Source of the DNA: Breznakia blatticola
GTDB lineage: Bacteria > Bacillota_I > Bacilli_A > Erysipelotrichales > Erysipelotrichaceae
Assembly: GCF_004365815.1 (NCBI RefSeq)
Contig: NZ_SODD01000041.1
Coordinates: 1 to 21,513 of the forward strand
Direction: 5' to 3'
DNA: 21,513 nt
The notes below the pieces were generated by a model. It was not told the origin of the DNA. It was given only the letters and a program-made list of their open reading frames with translations, and made no database searches. This document shows positions 17,660 through 21,513 of the stretch, one piece after another (positions within the stretch are counted from its first letter, which is position 1; each line of letters begins with the position of its first letter). The position numbers and the translations under genes are program-made.

Positions 17660-18587
17660 TGTATCTGTAATTATTCCGGTTTACAATGCTGAATTATACA
17701 TTGCTAGATGTGTTGATTCATTATTAAATCAAAAAACACAATATTCATATGAAATAATTTGCGTTGATGACGGATCAACAGATAATAGTGCACAAATATT
17801 AATGAAATATAATGGCATGATACGTGTGATTTTGAGTGAAAACAATGGACCAGGACATGCACGAAATTTAGCTGTGAATAACTCAAATAGTACTTATCTA
17901 ATGTTTGTAGATGCAGATGATTATGTGAGTGATGATTTTATAGAAATGCATATGACAGCATTGAAAGAAACTAACTCAGATATATGTATTTCGGATTTTT
18001 ATCGTGTCACTCAAGATAAAAAAAAATATGTTTCAAAAGGAAAATATAAAATATATCTAAAAGGTCAATTTCAGGAAGTATTGTTAATGGAATTTCATTC
18101 TGTTAATAAAGCAATTAAAAGAAGTGTTTTCATTAATTATCCTGAGAATATTTTTTTTGAAGATATGGTAGCCATGTCTGAATCAATTTTGAATGCGAAC
18201 AAGATTGTGAAAATTGAGAAAGCTGGTTATTATTATAATTGTGTTGAAAATTCTACAACGAATACTTTAAGTGACAAAATATATGATATTTATTACGCCA
18301 CAATGATGATGGAACCTAGTTTTGTAAGAAATGGTTATAGTCAAGAAATTGAGTATCTATTCGTTAATGGAATTCTTGTGGATTTATGTATTAAACTTAT
18401 AAAAGCAAAAGGAATCAAAGCTAAACAAGAAGTATATGAGTACTTAAATGAAGTTAGCATAAAATACCCAAGGTGGTATCGAAATAAATATGTAAAAGAT
18501 ACTAGATTTATGAAAAGGATATACTTATTCTTATTAAGAAAACATCTGTTTTTAATCGTTATGCTAGTTTTTCGGAGGAAAAAATAA
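17652..18587 (+). CDS. GT2 family glycosyltransferase
   Basis: VSVIIPVYNAELYIARCVDSLLNQ, IICVDDGSTDNS and FVDADDY motifs. I chose ATG 17652 (GGAG upstream, ATGAATGA overlap) over 17613. Confidence 0.85.
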   Translation: MNDVSVIIPVYNAELYIARCVDSLLNQKTQYSYEIICVDDGSTDNSAQILMKYNGMIRVILSENNGPGHARNLAVNNSNSTYLMFVDADDYVSDDFIEMHMTALKETNSDICISDFYRVTQDKKKYVSKGKYKIYLKGQFQEVLLMEFHSVNKAIKRSVFINYPENIFFEDMVAMSESILNANKIVKIEKAGYYYNCVENSTTNTLSDKIYDIYYATMMMEPSFVRNGYSQEIEYLFVNGILVDLCIKLIKAKGIKAKQEVYEYLNEVSIKYPRWYRNKYVKDTRFMKRIYLFLLRKHLFLIVMLVFRRKK

Positions 18588-20455
18588 TGGAACTATTTTT
18601 TATTATTTATGCATTGTTAATGTTCTTTATCTCTAATGGATTAGGTAAATTAATTCTAAAAAAGGAAAGTAAGATATATCCGTTCCGTTCGTTATTAGGG
18701 TTTTGCCTGTTCATTTCCACACTACAATTGGGATATTATCCTATGCAGTATTTTCAGGTATCTATTAACTTTGTTTACATTTGGACGATGATAGTCTTTA
18801 TTGTTTCATTTGTTATTGGTGTACGATTTTTTTCGAAAGATGACTTTAAAATCTTTAAAAGATGGGAATTTTACTTCTTGTTTTTCTTAGTATTCTTTTT
18901 TGTGAAAATTTTGCCAATAAATGAAGCTGGTGATGATTGGTTTTATATGCCATTAATCATGGACAACGTTGATGCATCAAGAATAAATTCAATAGATCCA
19001 AGAACTGGGTGGAATTTAGATATTGGGAGTATATGGAGTTATCAAGGATACTATCTATTGGCAACATGTATATATAAGATTCAAAGTTTATTTGATACTT
19101 CTGTAAATGCAATTTTTGTTTCATTCCGTTCCACTTTCTCTTTGTTAATGATTCTTTTTTCTTCAATTGTATTGTCCGAAATACCGAATATATTGAAGAT
19201 AAAAAAACGTTCTATTAATATTATTATCCAATTACTATCAATTTACTTGGTTGGTTTCTTAGAATGGTCACACATTTATTGGGGTTCTTTTGCATCATTC
19301 ACTACATTTTTTCCTTTAATGGTGTTTTCAATAAATGATTATGTAAAAGTTCCAACACAAAGAAAGGCAATAATTATTGCAATAATAAATGGAGCAATAA
19401 TATCACTGTTCTCATCAGCGTTATTCTTAACTGCATTTTTAATGTATTCCTTTTTTACATGCAGCATATTCAGGAGAAATGTACGTTTTATAGATTATTA
19501 TATAATGCTTATTCCATCATTGATATATCTTTCATTATTTGTGGAAAAACCATATCTTATTCTTTTAGTGGTTCTTTTTTTCTATATTGCAAGCAAGTTT
19601 TTGTCGACTAAAATTGATCTATTTTTTAATAAATATGGAATGTATTTTGTAATAGCAATTCCAATACTAATAGTTTTAATTACTCCTATTCTTGGTATGA
19701 AATATACATGGTCATTGTATCGGTTAGGTTATATATATTTGCTATTTAATATTAGTATTTCCATTTTTATTATGTATGAAATAATGAAGAAGAAAAGAAC
19801 TATAGAACCACTTTTATTAATGTTTGTAGTATATGTGATTACTTTTTTTAATCCGCTAGTTTGTCCATTTATTTCAAATTACTTTACAAGTGATCAAGTC
19901 TATTATAGATTGTTTTACATAACAAAAAATCCATTAGTCATTGCTTTTATTTTTAAATATATTTATGTGCATTACTTTAAAAATAAAAATGCACAAATTG
20001 TATACAGTATATTTATATCTTCGTTAATGTGTTACTATTTACTTGTTTTTCTTCAAGGAGTAAATTTCAATGTCGAATTCTCAAATAGTTATAATTATAT
20101 TTTAAGAGAAGATGATGATGAGTTAGCTGTTGGTTCTTTTCTAGCAATAGAAAAATTTGACTGCGACACGTTGATATGGAGTGATTATATACAACCACGA
20201 ATGTTTAATCAAAAAGTGAAGGCTCGGGTTTCACGATACGCAGAAACTGATCAAGGTATTGAAGTGATTGATCAGTTTCTGCATTCAGAAGAAGAGTTAC
20301 CAACTGAAAAATTTATTGATAGTAAAAACGCAATTCATAATTCTGGAGTTTCTTTATTGATTACAAGAAACAATTCAATAATTAAGGAGAGAGTTACTTT
20401 AATATCAGATATAATATATGAGAATGATTCCTATATAGTTTATAAAGTGAGGTAA
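18587..20455 (+). CDS. Second large polytopic membrane protein, paralogous in architecture to 11774-13978
   Basis: 622 aa. Its N-terminus FFISNGLGKLILKKESKIYPFRSLLG compares with FFSSKAFGELLNMKWKNPFSSVLG in the other protein. Its C-terminus IIYENDSYIVYKVR compares with IVWENDDYIILRNK. Many TM segments precede a ~140-aa hydrophilic tail. TAATG coupling. Confidence 0.55.
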   Translation: MELFFIIYALLMFFISNGLGKLILKKESKIYPFRSLLGFCLFISTLQLGYYPMQYFQVSINFVYIWTMIVFIVSFVIGVRFFSKDDFKIFKRWEFYFLFFLVFFFVKILPINEAGDDWFYMPLIMDNVDASRINSIDPRTGWNLDIGSIWSYQGYYLLATCIYKIQSLFDTSVNAIFVSFRSTFSLLMILFSSIVLSEIPNILKIKKRSINIIIQLLSIYLVGFLEWSHIYWGSFASFTTFFPLMVFSINDYVKVPTQRKAIIIAIINGAIISLFSSALFLTAFLMYSFFTCSIFRRNVRFIDYYIMLIPSLIYLSLFVEKPYLILLVVLFFYIASKFLSTKIDLFFNKYGMYFVIAIPILIVLITPILGMKYTWSLYRLGYIYLLFNISISIFIMYEIMKKKRTIEPLLLMFVVYVITFFNPLVCPFISNYFTSDQVYYRLFYITKNPLVIAFIFKYIYVHYFKNKNAQIVYSIFISSLMCYYLLVFLQGVNFNVEFSNSYNYILREDDDELAVGSFLAIEKFDCDTLIWSDYIQPRMFNQKVKARVSRYAETDQGIEVIDQFLHSEEELPTEKFIDSKNAIHNSGVSLLITRNNSIIKERVTLISDIIYENDSYIVYKVR

Positions 20456-20457
20456 AA

Positions 20458-21345
20458 ATGAGAAGACATGCATACTTAATCATGGCACATAACAATTTCT
20501 CTATATTAAAAAGATTAATTTCTATTTTAGATGATGAAAGAAACGATATCTTTATTCATATTGATGCAAAAATTGAGTGTTTTGACTCCTCTGAATATGC
20601 CGGTATTGCAAAAAGGTCAAAAGTACAATTCATTGATAGAATTCCTGTATATTGGGGAGATTATTCACAAATACAGTGTGAGTATAATCTACTTCGCGCT
20701 GCGAACGGAGATTATGAATATTATCATCTTCTCTCAGGAACTGATTTGCCAATAAAAACACAAGATGAGATACACAGTTTTTTTAATCAATTGAGTGGCA
20801 AAAGCTTAATTCAATTTGTATCAAGGTCATATGCAGAGAAAACTAGTGCTTACTATAGACTAAAGCGTTATAAGTTCTTTCAAAAATATGTCAAGTCAAA
20901 TAAAGTGTTACCCAAATTTTGTGCTAATTTATTTCAACACATATTTATGCCGCTACAGACTATTTTCGGTGTTGATCGTACAAAAAAGAAAAATATATCA
21001 ATCGGTTTTGGTGCAAACTGGTTTAGCTTATATAAGGATGATTATAAGCTAGTTATCGAAAAACAGTGCTTTGTTGAAGAAAATTTCAAACATACATTGT
21101 GTGCAGATGAATTATTCATTCAGACTATATTGTTGACATTTGGAAATGTTGACGTAACTTTTGATGAAGACTTTAATGGCAAATCGCATGGAAGATATAT
21201 AGATTGGAATAGAGGAAATCCATATATTTTTCGAACAGAGGATTATGATTTGCTAATTAATAGTCAGTGTTTATTTGCTAGAAAATTTGATGAAAATATA
21301 GATTTTAATATTATTAATAAAATCTATGATAATATAAAAAAATAA
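20458..21345 (+). CDS. GT14-like (Core-2/I-branching enzyme family) glycosyltransferase
   Basis: AYLIMAHNNFSILKRLISILDDERNDIFIHIDAK, YHLLSGTDLPIK and GANWFSL blocks resemble bacterial Branch-domain proteins, from memory. Confidence 0.65.
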   Translation: MRRHAYLIMAHNNFSILKRLISILDDERNDIFIHIDAKIECFDSSEYAGIAKRSKVQFIDRIPVYWGDYSQIQCEYNLLRAANGDYEYYHLLSGTDLPIKTQDEIHSFFNQLSGKSLIQFVSRSYAEKTSAYYRLKRYKFFQKYVKSNKVLPKFCANLFQHIFMPLQTIFGVDRTKKKNISIGFGANWFSLYKDDYKLVIEKQCFVEENFKHTLCADELFIQTILLTFGNVDVTFDEDFNGKSHGRYIDWNRGNPYIFRTEDYDLLINSQCLFARKFDENIDFNIINKIYDNIKK

Positions 21346-21371
21346 CAGCATTATACTTTTTTTTGAATATG

Positions 21372-21402
21372 TATAATGTTATCATTATCAAGTTAAGGAG
21401 GG
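21372..21402 (+). promoter_or_regulatory. -10-like element and strong SD preceding the orphan start codon
   Basis: TATG-TATAAT, with the hexamer at 21372-21377 and no good -35. AAGGAGGG at 21395-21402 lies 3 nt before ATG 21406, the same spacing style as the wzx RBS (GAGGGAATTATG). Confidence 0.4.
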
Positions 21403-21405
21403 AAT

Positions 21406-21456
21406 ATGAGAATTAAAAAAGGCTTAATTCAACCAGTGCATACCAAGTCTCGATAA
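21406..21456 (+). pseudogene. Orphan gene start: ATG + 4 native codons (MRIKK), then read-through into the right repeat arm to TAA
   Basis: ATG AGA ATT AAA AAA | GGC TTA ATT CAA CCA GTG CAT ACC AAG TCT CGA TAA. Codons 6-16 are repeat sequence. It reads as a real translation start cut off at 21420/21421. Confidence 0.5.
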
Positions 21457-21513
21457 ATCACTGATAAGTACTGAATAATTTATGTGTCTTTAAAGCATTT
21501 CTTGTGATGGTAA
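21421..21513. repeat. Right arm of the perfect terminal inverted repeat
   Basis: Exact reverse complement of 1-93, ending on the last base of the window. The inner terminus reads GGCTTAATTCAACC... going outward. Confidence 0.97.

Noticed and set aside
11774-20455. Calling one of the two large polytopic proteins Wzy (O-antigen/capsule polymerase) or YfhO outright
   Set aside because: I cannot see a diagnostic motif by eye. At 622-734 aa with large soluble tails, they are much larger than typical Wzy proteins. I left them as candidate GT-C-like or polymerase proteins pending a profile or structure search.
6277-20755. Remaining short nested ORFs: 6277-6552(-), 9013-9282(-), 9219-9407(-), 11372-11560(-), 13996-14226(-), 15204-15395(-), 15968-16168(-), 17704-17886(-), 18957-19166(-), 20531-20755(+)
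   Set aside because: Each lies entirely within, or almost entirely within, a longer ORF with recognisable family motifs. None has a convincing SD plus start. I treat them as chance ORFs.
21406-21456. MRIKKGLIQPVHTKSR as a genuine 16-aa small protein or leader peptide
   Set aside because: Eleven of its 16 codons are simply the repeat arm read in an arbitrary frame. The identical arm on the left has no such start in front of it. A truncated gene start is the simpler explanation.
1-21513. Terminal inverted repeats as ITRs of a linear protein-primed plasmid or phage, or as halves of a protelomerase (hairpin-telomere) site
   Set aside because: The window encodes no DNA polymerase, terminal protein, protelomerase, replication, partition or virion genes. 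It contains only glycan-biosynthesis genes, a Nudix fusion and a dead IS. I cannot exclude such genes elsewhere, but nothing here supports this idea.
1-21513. CRISPR arrays, tRNA/rRNA genes, riboswitch-like leaders, integrase or att sites
   Set aside because: I saw no regularly spaced direct repeats and no cloverleaf-compatible or rRNA-like segments in the few intergenic regions (1527-1726, 3872-4136, 5145-5249, 6802-7006, 21346-21405). No tyrosine or serine recombinase ORF lies within the window.

Overview
AT-rich window in the style of a low-GC Gram-positive (Bacillota) genome. It is essentially one cell-surface polysaccharide (capsule or wall-glycan) biosynthesis locus. Gene order: an LCP (CpsA-like) ligase gene (+); a convergent 714-aa membrane-anchored Nudix fusion gene (-); galE (+); a dead IS1182-family element; then 14 tightly packed + strand genes from 7007 to 21345. 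Those 14 are an Alg14-like/Alg13-like split glycosyltransferase pair, a TagB/TagF-like glycerophosphotransferase, a Wzx flippase, a GT2 + DUF2304-like + large polytopic protein module, five further GT-A/GT-B transferases, a second paralogous polytopic protein, and a GT14-like enzyme. Four junctions overlap as TAATG and two more as ATGA-type overlaps. The most striking feature is not a gene. The first 93 bases of the window are the exact reverse complement of the last 93 (95 if an adjoining tt/aa is counted), so a perfect inverted repeat brackets the whole locus at the exact window ends. Both inner repeat junctions interrupt genes. On the left, the LCP gene has lost its start codon, its SD and part of its first TM helix. 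On the right, a promoter-like -10, the strongest SD in the window, and an ATG plus 5 Lys/Arg-rich codons run straight into the repeat and stop. I saw no initiating (polyprenyl-phosphate sugar-1-phosphate) transferase, no CpsBCD-type regulators, and no tRNA, rRNA or CRISPR. All family assignments come from motifs read in the translations and from memory of those families. Nothing was searched against a database.
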